DNA from: an uncultured virus (IMG/VR IMGVR_UViG_3300029989_000017)
Taxonomy: Duplodnaviria; Heunggongvirae; Uroviricota; Caudoviricetes
Strand: one strand, 5' to 3'
Virus record (IMG/VR): IMGVR_UViG_3300029989_000017
Length of the DNA: 64,000 nt
Position numbers and translations under genes: made by a program. This document shows, piece by piece, positions 37,256 through 47,875 of the stretch (its first letter is position 1; every line of letters starts with the position of its first letter). The notes below the pieces were generated by a model, which had not been told where the DNA came from, did no database searches, and worked only from the letters and a program-made list of their open reading frames with translations.

Positions 37256-37871
37256 TGACTTGGATGTCGTCAAACACGACGGGCAATTTTTCCTGAAGCT
37301 CACGAAGGAACGGTATCATGATCTGTCTCATCTGAGGATGCGCGGCCTTGGCTGTGCGCTGTTTGAATATCGTGCGCCACTCCCTAAGGTTAGCCGTCAT
37401 GACGACCTCGGTCTTCAGGCTGTTCGGGAGAACTGAGCGAGCTTCTTGCGGCGAAGCGCCGCGGCCGATAAGGTCCAGATATGCTCTTTCGGCGTTGGCC
37501 ATCGCCTTACACCACGCCATATAGCTTGCGCTTACAAACTCATCCCAAAACGGGGGCCTTATCACGGTGATCTCGTCGGCTTTGCCGTAGTTGCAGTAGC
37601 GCGTGGACTCCTGAGAGAACGACGCTAGACGATGGCGGACAAGCTCGTGGCTGACACCGCGGTCACAAATAAATCTGACGCTAAGGCTGAAGTGCTCGAT
37701 GACGCTCTCGTGGCCCATCTTGATCATCTTGGCGACGAAGGCCCTGCCGCTGTCCGCCGTGATCGCATCCTCTGATTTGTAGCAGGTCCGCCCTGCTTTT
37801 TCGATACGCGCCAGTATTTCCTCGCCGTTGATCTCGTGTTCCAGTACGTGGAACGGCTCAATGATTTTCAT
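37248..37871 (-). CDS. thyX: FAD-dependent thymidylate synthase
   Basis: GHESVIEH, RGVSHELVRHRLASFSQESTRY, ARSVLPN, ANLREW. Confidence 0.97.
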   Translation of the reverse strand: MKIIEPFHVLEHEINGEEILARIEKAGRTCYKSEDAITADSGRAFVAKMIKMGHESVIEHFSLSVRFICDRGVSHELVRHRLASFSQESTRYCNYGKADEITVIRPPFWDEFVSASYMAWCKAMANAERAYLDLIGRGASPQEARSVLPNSLKTEVVMTANLREWRTIFKQRTAKAAHPQMRQIMIPFLRELQEKLPVVFDDIQVNE

Positions 37872-37874
37872 ATG

Positions 37875-38396
37875 TTATCTCCTTATTTTCTTTAGTTTCT
37901 TGTCGACTGCCTGCCCGAGCTCCCACTCATTATGCGCCCTGATGCGAACGGCAAATCGGTAGTGATCAAGCGCGGTTTCGCTGATATGCCGCAGTTGCTT
38001 TTTGGTCAGCTTGCTTTTGTGGCCAATACGGGTTACGCGGACCGTCACGACGTCGGCCTCGCCCCAACACTCGATCTCGTTCGGGAACCTCAGGTCATCG
38101 ATGATTATGTAGTCGTACAGGTCCTTAACCACCGAGGCCAGTCGAACCACGGCGTCTGTCCAGAACGTAGCATCGATCGCGCGGACATGGTCGGTCGCCC
38201 ACCACTGAAGGATACCGCGACCCTTCTCGTCTTTCACGCCGTCCCACCCGGCGACCTGCTTGGCTGTGAATTTAACATAGTCACCATAGGCCATTTTGAG
38301 GACACGAAGGCCGAGCGCTTCGAGACGTGTACGCAAAAGCTCTGCGGTTGTTGTCTTGCCGTGCTCGGCCTTGCCACTGATTAAGATAATTCGCAT
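37875..38396 (-). CDS. Deoxynucleoside monophosphate kinase
   Basis: SGKAEHGKTT, KGRGILQ, IIIDDLRFPNE, HISETALD. Confidence 0.85.
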   Translation of the reverse strand: MRIILISGKAEHGKTTTAELLRTRLEALGLRVLKMAYGDYVKFTAKQVAGWDGVKDEKGRGILQWWATDHVRAIDATFWTDAVVRLASVVKDLYDYIIIDDLRFPNEIECWGEADVVTVRVTRIGHKSKLTKKQLRHISETALDHYRFAVRIRAHNEWELGQAVDKKLKKIRR

Positions 38397-38619
38397 AAAT
38401 GTTCCCTTCATTTATAGTATCAGACATATTTCCCGATTAATAGATAAAAAATGCCAAAATTTTCACATTATTATTCGTCAAATTTTGCGGCGATGTCCTT
38501 GATCTCGGTCGTCGAGCCTGTGAGCGCATAGCACCCGACGACCATCGCGGACTCGCGAAAATTGATTGCCGTGACCGAAACGGCGTTGACCTCATCAGGC
38601 ACATAGACAATCAATCGCT

Positions 38620-39400
38620 TCATAGAGACAGCCACCGCACGTCGACGGGTACTACAAGCGCGGTCACGGGCTTTATCTCCTCTTCTAAGGTAAAGCCTAG
38701 GTCGGACAGATACTCGGCGGCCTTGGCCCCTGACAACTGCCTGACATTCTCGACGACAGCGCTGTAGTTCTTGTTGATCTCGACGACGTCTCGATTGTAG
38801 GTGTCGCGCAGGGTAATGCGCTCAGGTGTCGTATCATCGAAGGTGTCGCGCCTCAGTTTGTGTAGCACCTCCTCGCCGCTCACGAGGTCTCGCAGGGCCC
38901 TCGGCAACGAATAATAGCTGTATTCGCTTCGCATGGTCACGCGGTTTTGGTGCATTGTCTGCCAGTCTTTCAGGCGATTGTACGCGCCGTCGAGGGCGTC
39001 CTGTAAATCCTGCGCCAGAACGTCGAGGCCGAGCTCCTTCGCAAGACGGGCGTTCCACGCTTCTATGGCTTTGCTGTGGGTTGCGTCCCGGGCGGCCAAT
39101 ACCGCCGTTTGCTTTGCGAGGACCATCTTAATTAACTGTGGTTTTGTCATCGAGCGCGCCCTCCTTCAGCAACTCAAGCAGTTCATCTATGTCGGGCATT
39201 ACCGCCTCACCGTTTGTAACCTTGGCCAAGCGCACGAGCGGGTACACGGCCATGAGCAGGACAAACTCGTCGGGGCTAAAGTCGAGGAGGTTGAGCACCG
39301 CCGAAGCCAGTTGCAGTTTACCTCCTACGGTCACATTCTCGAGCTCGACATCTGTGCCCAGTCCGCGCGCATCTATTGATAGTCTTAATCTTCCTGTCAT
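38620..39400 (-). CDS. Two hypothetical proteins (38620-39150, 39128-39400)
   Basis: Overlapping ORFs in the replication operon. Confidence 0.55.
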
Positions 39401-39708
39401 ACGATCGTCACCGCCCTATCGTCCCAGTATTCGTCGGCGACGACCTTGCGGCAGTCTCCACCAAACGCGGCAATTAGCTCGGGCATATTCGCGTTGACGG
39501 CGTCGAACACAAGGCCCGCCATCATACAGGCCGTGAGGGCGCTCACTAGGTAGTCACCACAGCGGCAGGTCCATAGAATAATCTTAGCGCCCGCGTCTTG
39601 CTCATCCTTGAGCCGCTCAATCACGTCGCGCTTTGCCTTGCCAATGTGCGGGTAGTCGTTCTCGAATAGCGTGCCGTCAAAGTCAACGGCTATTGTTTTA
39701 GTTCTCAT
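39397..39708 (-). CDS. HAD-superfamily hydrolase-like protein
   Basis: IAVDFDGT, IILWTCR, RKVVADEYWDDR. Confidence 0.8.
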   Translation of the reverse strand: MRTKTIAVDFDGTLFENDYPHIGKAKRDVIERLKDEQDAGAKIILWTCRCGDYLVSALTACMMAGLVFDAVNANMPELIAAFGGDCRKVVADEYWDDRAVTIV

Positions 39709-40640
39709 AGAAATTGCTCCTCCATAATTCGATTTATTGCGATGTCGTAGTAGCTCGGGTCCTTTTCAAAGCCTATGTACTCGCGCCCTGAACGGATGCA
39801 GGCGATCGCCGTTGTGCCGCTCCCGAGGCAGTTATCGAGCACCGTGTCGCCCTCGTTTGTGTAGGTGCGGACGAGGTGCTCAAACAGCGCGGCGGGCTTC
39901 TGTGTGGGGTGTAGTCCTTGGTAGTCCTTTTTAAATTCGAGCACGTTGCCCGTAAACTTTTGCCCCGCGGGGAGGTTAAAGGTTCGGTTAAAGGTTCGGT
40001 TAAAGGTTCGGTCGATCTCCTCCAAGGCTCCGAAGGGCAAGAACCCCACCATCGTGTCGAGGTGGAATTTTTCGATCAGCTCGTTGTATGTGACCTCAGT
40101 ACATAGGGTGAATTGCATCGAGTCAGTGCGGAAGAAGTGATCAGCTCTTTGATGCCCCAAGATTTCATTTACGACTTTGCCACCCGTCACTTTCATGTGG
40201 TCCGTCAGTCTGTTCACGTAAGCCCGCAAAGGATGAAGCAATTGGCTGTCGTACTTTTTATAGAACACACTTAGGTCTTCAAAGTAGCTTACGGGCGCTT
40301 TTTTGGCGATTAAAGCGTTGGCGAAATGATCTTTTTTCCAGATCAGGGGGTATGCAAATTCGACGTTGGCGGCCTTGTAGGTTCTCAGCGTGGAAGTGTA
40401 GGGCTCTTGCGAAAACAAAACACACGTTCCGTTTCTTCTCAAAACGCGCTCGTACTCGACGAACATTGCTAAAATGTCGAGCCGATCATCCCATTGCGTC
40501 GTTTCTGCGCGCCACCCGTCTAACGCCGCGCCCTTCATATTTCCATAGGGTAAATCGCACAGTATCATGTCGACCGACCCGCTCGGGATTACGCGCATAC
40601 CCTTCTCGCCGAGACAATCCTCGTTATATAGAACACTCAC
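39705..40640 (-). CDS. DNA methyltransferase (N6-A/N4-C, beta class)
   Basis: ILCDLPYG precedes HPTQKP and VLDNCLGSGTT..GFE. Confidence 0.92.
   Translation of the reverse strand: MSVLYNEDCLGEKGMRVIPSGSVDMILCDLPYGNMKGAALDGWRAETTQWDDRLDILAMFVEYERVLRRNGTCVLFSQEPYTSTLRTYKAANVEFAYPLIWKKDHFANALIAKKAPVSYFEDLSVFYKKYDSQLLHPLRAYVNRLTDHMKVTGGKVVNEILGHQRADHFFRTDSMQFTLCTEVTYNELIEKFHLDTMVGFLPFGALEEIDRTFNRTFNRTFNLPAGQKFTGNVLEFKKDYQGLHPTQKPAALFEHLVRTYTNEGDTVLDNCLGSGTTAIACIRSGREYIGFEKDPSYYDIAINRIMEEQFL
39974..40009. repeat. 3 x 12-bp perfect tandem repeat (GGTTAAAGGTTC) in the MTase
   Basis: Read directly; encodes RTFN x3. Confidence 0.9.
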
Positions 40641-40643
40641 TTC

Positions 40644-42620
40644 TTACTCCTTCTGATAATACATACATTCGTAGGCATCCGCTGATAGCGGGAGCCCCTG
40701 CGCCCAGTCAATAGGTTGGGCCATGATCGCGGCGACCTCCTCGGGGGAGCTTCGCCCAAACGGAACTTCGAGGACGGCCTCATCGTGGACATGGAATACG
40801 GTGTCGAGCAGTGCGTCGTCGAGGCGTATCATGGCTTCGGTCAGGCAGTCTCTCGCAACGGCCTGCGTGATGTTTTCCACGAGCTTGGGCCCGTAGGTCT
40901 CTATACGCCCCCATGCGCCAGTCGTTTGATCGACGCCCTCATAGGTGATGTTCTCGCGTCGTCCATCCTCGCTCATGATGAGCTGAGGCTTTACGTAGCT
41001 GAGGTCTCGGCCGCTCGGCAGTCGTAGCCGCAGGAGCGGACCGTCTTTATAGAACATGATGCCGTGTGGGAGCTTCGACGGTTGCTTGGTCCTGATCGTG
41101 TGACGGCAGGCGGCGTCGGTATCCCACCAAAATTTAGTGATCGCGGGATTAGCGGCCCGCCACGCCTTGACGATCGGCAGGAGCTCCCCTTCGGACAGTC
41201 CCATATCGAACGCGCCCATCTTGATCATCGCACCTTTGCTACCACCGTACCCAAGAGCTAGCTCAGAGATTTTACCCTTCTGCCTGATCTTAGCGCCCTC
41301 GTGGGTCTTCTTGTCAACCGAGCCCTCGGGGAGGTTGAACATACGTTCAGCCGAGGTCTCGTAGATTTTACCGTGGGTGTTAAAAACGTCAAGCCTCCAT
41401 TGTTCGCCTGCGAGCCACGCGAGCACACAGGCCTCTATGGCGTGGAAATCTGAGGCTATGAACCTGCACCCCTCGCGGGGCACAAAGGCCGTGCGGATGA
41501 GCTGAGACAGCGTGGAGGCAACGTCGAATAGCAATTCAAAAGTGGTCATATCTCCTGCGGCCACAAGGTTTCTAGCGTAGTCGAGGTCCGGAATATCGTT
41601 TTTAGTGAGGTTCTGCATCTGCACGAGCCTGCCCGCCCACCTGCCCGTCCTCATAGCCCCGTAGAACTGTGACAGGCCGCGTATACGGGAGTCGTTGGTG
41701 ACTGTCCTCATCATGGCGACGTACTTTTGAGTGGAGGTCTTATTGAGCTCGTCACGGAGGTCGAGCACCTCGAGCACCTCTTCCTCATCCGCGTCCTCGA
41801 ACTCTTTGCGGACGCCCTTGATCTGATCTTTTTTGAGGCTCTTGACGTAGATGCCAGTCTCGTCGAGCATCCACGCCTTGAGCTGTGGTATGCTCTTCGG
41901 GTTTTCGAGGCCTGTCAGGTCCTTGGCCTCCTCTAGGTAGCGGCCCTTGACGATGTTGTCGATCTTGATGGCCTCTTGGACAAAGGGTGTGTCGATCTGT
42001 ACGCCTCGGTCGTTAATGGCCTGATCGAGGGCCCACAGCTTCGGCTCGTTCGGGTGTATCGTGAAGCGGTTGAGCTTGCGACGCACAGCCCGCTCAGCGA
42101 CAACGTCCTGTCGATTGTACTCGACGTACTGCGCCCACTTCTCGGGGAACTGCTCGGGCAGGTTTCGGGTTACGCCGCCGTTGGTCTTGGTGGGCTTGCA
42201 TGGTATCGAGAAAAACCTGATCAGTGCCGCGCCACCCTTGTCCTTGGCTTTGTCAGCCCCGAGCCCGAGCACCTCGCCCACCTTATCAAGACTGCGGGGA
42301 AGTCCGAGCTCAAAGGACATCATCTGCGTACAGGACCACTGCGCGGGCTCCATTAGCCTGCTGAAGTGCCTGCCGAGGCCGTTGCGCTCAAAGTTGGCGT
42401 TGAACGCGCCTTTGGTTATTCTAGGGTCAAACAGGTCCCGCTCTAGCTCACGCGGCAGACGCTCCCCCGAGTAGAGGTCGATGACCTCTACGGGGTCCTC
42501 GTCGTAAGCATAACCGAGGAGTAGCACCTCGAAGTCGGGGCTCTCGACATATCTGTAAGAGCCCGCCTTCGTCAGAGGCACTGAAGAAAAAGTTTCTATA
42601 TCCACTGAGATCAGTGCCAT
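40644..42620 (-). CDS. DNA polymerase family A
   Basis: Exonuclease VDIET, FNANFE; RTGRWAG, SDFHAIEA, RQKGKISELALGYGG, FHVHDE. Confidence 0.95.
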   Translation of the reverse strand: MALISVDIETFSSVPLTKAGSYRYVESPDFEVLLLGYAYDEDPVEVIDLYSGERLPRELERDLFDPRITKGAFNANFERNGLGRHFSRLMEPAQWSCTQMMSFELGLPRSLDKVGEVLGLGADKAKDKGGAALIRFFSIPCKPTKTNGGVTRNLPEQFPEKWAQYVEYNRQDVVAERAVRRKLNRFTIHPNEPKLWALDQAINDRGVQIDTPFVQEAIKIDNIVKGRYLEEAKDLTGLENPKSIPQLKAWMLDETGIYVKSLKKDQIKGVRKEFEDADEEEVLEVLDLRDELNKTSTQKYVAMMRTVTNDSRIRGLSQFYGAMRTGRWAGRLVQMQNLTKNDIPDLDYARNLVAAGDMTTFELLFDVASTLSQLIRTAFVPREGCRFIASDFHAIEACVLAWLAGEQWRLDVFNTHGKIYETSAERMFNLPEGSVDKKTHEGAKIRQKGKISELALGYGGSKGAMIKMGAFDMGLSEGELLPIVKAWRAANPAITKFWWDTDAACRHTIRTKQPSKLPHGIMFYKDGPLLRLRLPSGRDLSYVKPQLIMSEDGRRENITYEGVDQTTGAWGRIETYGPKLVENITQAVARDCLTEAMIRLDDALLDTVFHVHDEAVLEVPFGRSSPEEVAAIMAQPIDWAQGLPLSADAYECMYYQKE

Positions 42621-42635
42621 GGTGCGCCTCCTTTA

Positions 42636-43190
42636 TTAGCTGAGCAGGTCGTCTGCGTCCTCGAATCCTTCGTCCCAGTCGGAGTCTGTGACGACGCCGC
42701 CTGCGAGTGGCTCACCGTCTGCGAGCTTCATGATACCGTTCAGCCCTGCGCTGATGCCGACACTGCCCTCGGTGTTGTACACGTAGAAGTTGATGATCGC
42801 GCGGCCATAGCACCCGCTGTAAACATCGCGTTGGTCGATGATCGTCTGCTTGAGCTCGTCGACGATGACGGGTTGATTGTTGGAGCTGACGGTCAGTACG
42901 ATACAGCCTTTGCACTCGGGGCCGAAGTCGCCGCCGTTCGGGCGTTCGCCGTCGCCGTCATGGAGAATGGTCTTGAGCTGTTTTGGGAGAGCCTTGCCGC
43001 CTTTAGCGATATACGCGGCCTTGGCGGCTTCGATCGCAGTTTTCATTTTGTCAAGCGTGGCTTTATCCGTTTTCGGGATTAAAAGCGTGACTGAGTATTT
43101 GAGAGCGCCCGATTTGTTGGGCTTCGGGGTGAAAATGCTGACGTAGCTGAAGCGGGTTTTACCTGTGGAAATTTGAGTTAAAGATGCCAT
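42636..43190 (-). CDS. ssDNA-binding protein (DUF2815-like)
   Basis: RFSY, KYSVTLLIPK, LHDGD, YSGCYGR, DGEPLAG, acidic tail. Confidence 0.9.
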   Translation of the reverse strand: MASLTQISTGKTRFSYVSIFTPKPNKSGALKYSVTLLIPKTDKATLDKMKTAIEAAKAAYIAKGGKALPKQLKTILHDGDGERPNGGDFGPECKGCIVLTVSSNNQPVIVDELKQTIIDQRDVYSGCYGRAIINFYVYNTEGSVGISAGLNGIMKLADGEPLAGGVVTDSDWDEGFEDADDLLS

Positions 43191-43192
43191 GA

Positions 43193-43813
43193 TTATTTGT
43201 CCTCCAAAATATAAATTTTTGATTTTTGTACGCCGAAGTTCAGCGCCGCTTGATGTGAGTCGAAAAAGATGTCGATACGATTTTTATGGACGCCGCCGCC
43301 GCAGTCTTCGGCCACATAGGCCTGTCCGTTTATGTAGACTGTTGTGCCGTAAGGTATGACGTGCGGGTCCACGGCGATCGTGTGATTTGCTGTAGCCTTG
43401 ACGCCTGTCGAGGTGTAGCCGTAGGCGGGATTGCTTGGGGCCTTGCCGCAACACTTCTGACAGGGACAGTAGGCGGTCAGGGTGAAGGTGCCGAGGTAGG
43501 TCATGCCCGCAGGGGCGTCGGTAGTATCGACGTCCTTGGGCGGCGTGACTGCTTTGGGCTTGGCCGTCGTAACTGCGGTCTTGACAGGGGCCTCTATGGC
43601 CTCGGCAGGCGACGGGATGGCCACGAACTGGCCCGCTATGTAGGGTTGCATCGGCGTCACACGTTTGGCCATCTCCACCTCTGTATATGGTGGGGCGGGG
43701 TCTACGGGGTCCGCTTGTGGCGCTGTTGGGGCGGCTAATGTCAGCCCAGTGCCGAAAATTAACAGGAGTCCAATCAGTGCGAAGCACCACAGCATAAGGG
43801 TCTTTTGTTTCAA
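43193..43813 (-). CDS. 3D-domain protein with N-terminal signal/TM helix
   Basis: TAYC, IAVDP.VIPYGT, AEDCGG, RIDIF. Confidence 0.9.
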   Translation of the reverse strand: MKQKTLMLWCFALIGLLLIFGTGLTLAAPTAPQADPVDPAPPYTEVEMAKRVTPMQPYIAGQFVAIPSPAEAIEAPVKTAVTTAKPKAVTPPKDVDTTDAPAGMTYLGTFTLTAYCPCQKCCGKAPSNPAYGYTSTGVKATANHTIAVDPHVIPYGTTVYINGQAYVAEDCGGGVHKNRIDIFFDSHQAALNFGVQKSKIYILEDK

Positions 43814-43815
43814 AA

Positions 43816-44997
43816 CTATTCTCCTTCGTCTCCGAAGGCGTTCAGTATTTGGTCTAAGGTTGACACGGGCTGACGAGGGTCGCTTGCGGGGGCCAGTGTC
43901 GGCTTGCCTTCGGGTTTAATAATGAGTCCTGCCTCTTCGAGAGACTTCATGGCGGGCTTGCCGAACGCTTTGTCGGCGGCGGTGATTGTAATGAGCTCGC
44001 GGGGCTTAAAGATGACCTCATCCTCAAAGCCTAAGATGCTAAGTGTCTCAGCGACCTTTACCTGATCGGCGTAGGTCCGATTGCTTCGGCCTGCTACCAT
44101 CTTCCACCCGGCTACAGGCTCGCCCTTGGAGAGGACAGAGATGACATACTCTTCGAGGTCAGACAGCCACCCTTTTATGTCCTTGGCTTTGGCGAGTATC
44201 TCGCCGATCTCGTCAACGTCTAACAGTAGCAGGCTCGGGGCCTCGTCAAATACTGTGAGGTTTTGAGTAGCGCGGGCCTTGCAGGTAGCCTTGACGCGGC
44301 AGAACTGGCAGGTGGAGTCGGAGGGCCTAAAATCACCCTCGCCCTTGAACGCAAGAGCGGCGCGGGGCTTTACGTACTCTTCGGCCCACTTCAGGAGCTC
44401 TTCGACCGTGATCTCCTCTGAGCTTGGCTCTTCGGACACCCGGGGCTGATGAATAGTCATGCGTATGTGCTTGATGTCGTACAGCATCTCGTACTTGCGA
44501 AGGGCCCCGAGTGCGTACAGCCGCATTTGTGTATTGTTGAGGGCAAACACGAGCTTGCCTTTGCCATACTTAAAATCAATGATGTCAAGCCAGTCGTCAG
44601 CGATTATAACGCAGTCCCCGGTACCGAAGCCTTCAGGCACCCACTCACTGTAGTCCACCTTGACCTCAAGGTCTGCGTGTGGGTCAGGGCAGAACGCTTT
44701 TGCGTTGTTGAACAGCGTCTCCACGAGCTTACCGTAGGCGCAGGTGGCCTGTATCATCTCCATGTCGTAAGCCTTGCCCGACTTAGCGGACAGCGCCGTG
44801 GTATTCGCCTCGCACTGCTCACGGGTCTGTAGGCCTAGATAGAGCCGCGCGGTGTTCTCTGCGAAGGAGTGGGCGGTCGTGCCCTCCTCGGAGTAGATGC
44901 TTTTTTGATCGGGCACCGTCTCCTCGAGACGGGCGCTAGGCGTGCACTCAAGCCACCTCGATGAGCCGCTTGCGGATAATACCGCGTGCTCAGCCAT
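43816..44997 (-). CDS. Cas4-like / PD-(D/E)xK exonuclease (DUF2800-like)
   Basis: HAVLSASGSSRWLEC, FGTGD, IIDFKYG, QMRLYALG, CQFC...C. Confidence 0.9.
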   Translation of the reverse strand: MAEHAVLSASGSSRWLECTPSARLEETVPDQKSIYSEEGTTAHSFAENTARLYLGLQTREQCEANTTALSAKSGKAYDMEMIQATCAYGKLVETLFNNAKAFCPDPHADLEVKVDYSEWVPEGFGTGDCVIIADDWLDIIDFKYGKGKLVFALNNTQMRLYALGALRKYEMLYDIKHIRMTIHQPRVSEEPSSEEITVEELLKWAEEYVKPRAALAFKGEGDFRPSDSTCQFCRVKATCKARATQNLTVFDEAPSLLLLDVDEIGEILAKAKDIKGWLSDLEEYVISVLSKGEPVAGWKMVAGRSNRTYADQVKVAETLSILGFEDEVIFKPRELITITAADKAFGKPAMKSLEEAGLIIKPEGKPTLAPASDPRQPVSTLDQILNAFGDEGE

Positions 44998-45520
44998 TAA
45001 CAGCCTCTTTCAGGTCAACCATGATTGCCTCGTAGTCTTCGGGCTTGACCTCGCCTAGTTTGCCCGCACCGTACTTCGCCAGTACAGCGATGAGGCTTGC
45101 CTGATCTTTGGCGACGAGCTGTGCGGCGACAGCGCGGAGGTCTGTGGATGTGGTTGGTGCCGCGGTCTTGGGTGGCGTAGCGGCCTTAACCTTGGCGGCA
45201 GAGTCGAGAGCCTTCTGTGCTTCGTCGGCAGTCTTCTTCGCGGCGGCGGCCTTCTTGGCGTCTGCGGCGGTCTTGGCCTTAGCATCTGCGGCGGTCTTGG
45301 CCTCAAGGGCTTTAATCTCTTCGGCAGTCTTGTCTGTGCCCTCGCCTTCGGTCAGCGCCACTGTCGGGGTTGTGATGTTGGTCACGTTGTTGACTACCGG
45401 GAGCGTTTCGATCGTCATAATCGGGTTGCGGGGCTCTAGGGCGGTCATTTCCTCGAGGAACTTTGCTATTAAGGTAAGGGTCGTCGGGTTTACGTCGAGT
45501 TGCAGTGTCATTTTAGGCAT
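44990..45520 (-). CDS. Hypothetical protein (usual partner upstream of DUF2800)
   Basis: Ala/Lys-rich linker; C-terminal LAKYGAGKLGEVKPEDY. Confidence 0.7.
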   Translation of the reverse strand: MPKMTLQLDVNPTTLTLIAKFLEEMTALEPRNPIMTIETLPVVNNVTNITTPTVALTEGEGTDKTAEEIKALEAKTAADAKAKTAADAKKAAAAKKTADEAQKALDSAAKVKAATPPKTAAPTTSTDLRAVAAQLVAKDQASLIAVLAKYGAGKLGEVKPEDYEAIMVDLKEAVNG

Positions 45521-45543
45521 TGGTTTGTCTCCTTCTCATATTT

Positions 45544-45774
45544 TTAGTCCCATTTCCAAGCGTTGCAGAATATTGCTGTGGTCATCTCATCGCTGAGGCC
45601 AAGGAGCTCTTTTGCTATCCTCATCTCGTTGCCGCTCCATGGCGCGCCTCCCGCTAACTTGCGGTAGGTCGTTGTCTTTGACCATTCTTCCTCTAACATC
45701 AGCGACTTCGGTGTGATGTCGTTCAGGACCATTTGCGATTTTAGGAGCTTGCAGTTGACTTCGGGTGTTGCCAA
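45544..45774 (-). CDS. Cro-like HTH regulator
   Basis: TTG start after GAGGGGAGGG; LKSQM..SKTTTYRKL.G...W..E...LGL; first gene of the leftward operon. Confidence 0.65.
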   Translation of the reverse strand: MATPEVNCKLLKSQMVLNDITPKSLMLEEEWSKTTTYRKLAGGAPWSGNEMRIAKELLGLSDEMTTAIFCNAWKWD

Positions 45775-45809
45775 GTTTTTCCCTCCCCTCATTGGTAAGT
45801 TATGGACAA

Positions 45810-45838
45810 ATCCTAGCACGGAATTTGTCGAATGTAAA
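45810..45838 (-). promoter_or_regulatory. Leftward promoter of the replication operon
   Basis: TTTACA-17-TGcTAGGAT, overlapped by inverted repeat GACAAAT...ATTTGTC. Confidence 0.65.
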
Positions 45839-45923
45839 GGGGAAATCGGGACAAAGTAGTCGAATTTGGGAACTTTGTGCCATTTGCCAAGTTTTAGGGT
45901 CGAATTTTGGGTAAATTACCCTC

Positions 45924-45952
45924 TTGACGGTTTTTACTCATAGTAGTAATAT
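45924..45952 (+). promoter_or_regulatory. Repeated promoter/operator at the start of the early region
   Basis: TTGACG-17-TAATAT containing TTTACTCATAGTAGTAAT; GGGTAAATTACCC palindrome just upstream. Confidence 0.75.
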
Positions 45953-45993
45953 GTATACACACCCGCAAACACATTAATGAGGAGAGATGCAAC

Positions 45994-47781
45994 ATGACAA
46001 GAGAGAACATAAGCACCGAGAGACTTCAGGCCAAAGGCTACAGAGCCCCCGAGGGCCTCACCCTTAATCATATGGTAGAGGCGACCATGCGCGGCGACAC
46101 GCTCGTCCGTATCAGAAATCCGAAGGACCTGACCGTCACCATTAACGCCTACGCCGATATGGGCGACAGTGTACCATCCGCCACAGTACAGCGCCACTTT
46201 ACCGCCAAGGAGCTCACCGAGGGCGATGAGCGCAGGCGCAGAGCCTACGAAGTAGCGCGGCTCGGCAGTACAACCACCCGCAACGCTTTTAGGGCACCCG
46301 TCAGATCGGAGTGCGAATGAGAAATCACCTATGCCCCTTTGTGGGCTCCTGCATTCTCGAATGCGGCACCTGCGCCTCTTGCCGCCGTCTCAATGAACGG
46401 GCGCTCCAAGAATCGCCTGAGCCGCCGCAGAGCCTCCGAGACGACGCGCTCAGGCTCCTCGCGGAACATACGCAACACTTTGTACCTGTTGCGGACCTGT
46501 GGGCCTTCAACATGGCGCTCGAGGCACTGAGAGAGGCGGACCTATGAGATACACATTCACACAATTAAAGGACCTGCCTGAGACGCCCGCGGGCACGGTG
46601 TCCCGCTGTAATGGCGTCGGCAGGCGCACCGACTGGGGTGATTCGCGAAACGGCTACCCCACTAAAGACTGCTACGAGATTGTGCTACCCGACAGGGTCG
46701 GCACGATGACCGAGCCCTTCATTGGGGAGAGCCTGTATGACAACCCTGAGTGGTTTAGGCGCGACATCGACTTTGACAGGCTCACCGACCTGAAATGTCC
46801 CGTCTGCGGGGAGACCCGAGCCAGTGTGCACGTAGACGCAAAACGCGTAGGTGACCGCGAGGACGGCTACCATAACACGGCGGACATCCTGCTCGAGTAT
46901 CCCTGCGGGCACCCGTCGAGGGCTCTGTGATGAAGCCGCTTATCAAGAGCCCCCACATTAAGCGCTTTTTGAAACTGGCAGAGGGTCTCGACAAGCTGAT
47001 GGCGGAGGTGCGCGAGTATTGCCCCGAGGCGAGCTACTACGCGGCTGACTCCTATCTCCACCTCATGCAGGGCCCGACGCACTCTGACGGGGCAGAGATA
47101 CGCGACCTACAGGAGAACGTCGCGGCGGACTACTGCCTGCACTCTTTGGACGGAGGCGCGTGGTGATGGGTGAGAAGTGCAAGACCTGCCTCGGTCGACT
47201 AGACTGGAAGACGGGAATACCCTGCCGCTATTGCAAGTACAACACCGCGCCCTACTGGGGCCGCGACGAGTCCAAGATGACGAAAGACAGCTATGTGTAT
47301 GCGCCGCCGCGGCCAGTTGACAGCGACATACCGTATTAAGGAGGAAAGTATGAAATGCCCCGAATGTAACAACGAGATGACCTGCAAAGAGAGGACCTCC
47401 TTCGAGGAGGCCTTCGGGCAGGCGGGCGCAGACGGATACTACGTGCCGCGCACAACTAGCACCTATGCCTGTGCGGCCTGCAAGATACGATGCGTCGACG
47501 ACGGTGACGAGCCAATATGGTCGGTGCCTAAAGCTCTGCGGCCGACGCCTGCACAGCTCGTGGTGCTCGCCAAGATGGACAACTACTACAGCGCGAACGT
47601 CCTCAGGACCGCGGTCACCAAGAAGGCCGCCTCCGCCGTCATCAACAAGAGCACCGTGATGGCCGCCTTCGACGAGGACCGCCCGAGCGGTCGGCGCTAC
47701 TGGGACCGAGACGACGGCTTCGACGACTATGGGAGTCTCATCGAGTTTGGCGACTACATGGACGGTCACGGCGACCATTAG
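45994..47781 (+). CDS. Early hypothetical genes (45994-46320, 46317-46547, 46544-46930, 46930-47166, 47350-47781)
   Basis: Coupled small ORFs, several with RBS and/or CxxC motifs. Confidence 0.6.
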
Positions 47782-47784
47782 GCG

Positions 47785-47866
47785 AAATGCACAAAACGAT
47801 TTGTGCATTTTACCACTTGTTTTCTTTACTCAATGTAGTAAAATAGTATTATCAGATTTGAGAGGA
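47785..47866 (+). promoter_or_regulatory. Repeated early promoter cassette
   Basis: Inverted repeat AAATGCACAAA/TTTGTGCATTT, TTGTTT-16-TAAAAT with TTTACTCAATGTAGTAAA, RBS GAGAGGAG. Confidence 0.8.
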
Positions 47867-47875
47867 GCACACAAC

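Noticed and set aside
24170..42620. Additional inteins or introns in TerL, helicase, primase or PolA
   Set aside because: These proteins have normal lengths and contiguous motifs, and no Hint blocks were seen.
43816..44997. Cas4-like nuclease as a sign of a CRISPR system
   Set aside because: No cas1/cas2 or array is present; the DUF2800-SSB-PolA context is a standard phage replication module.
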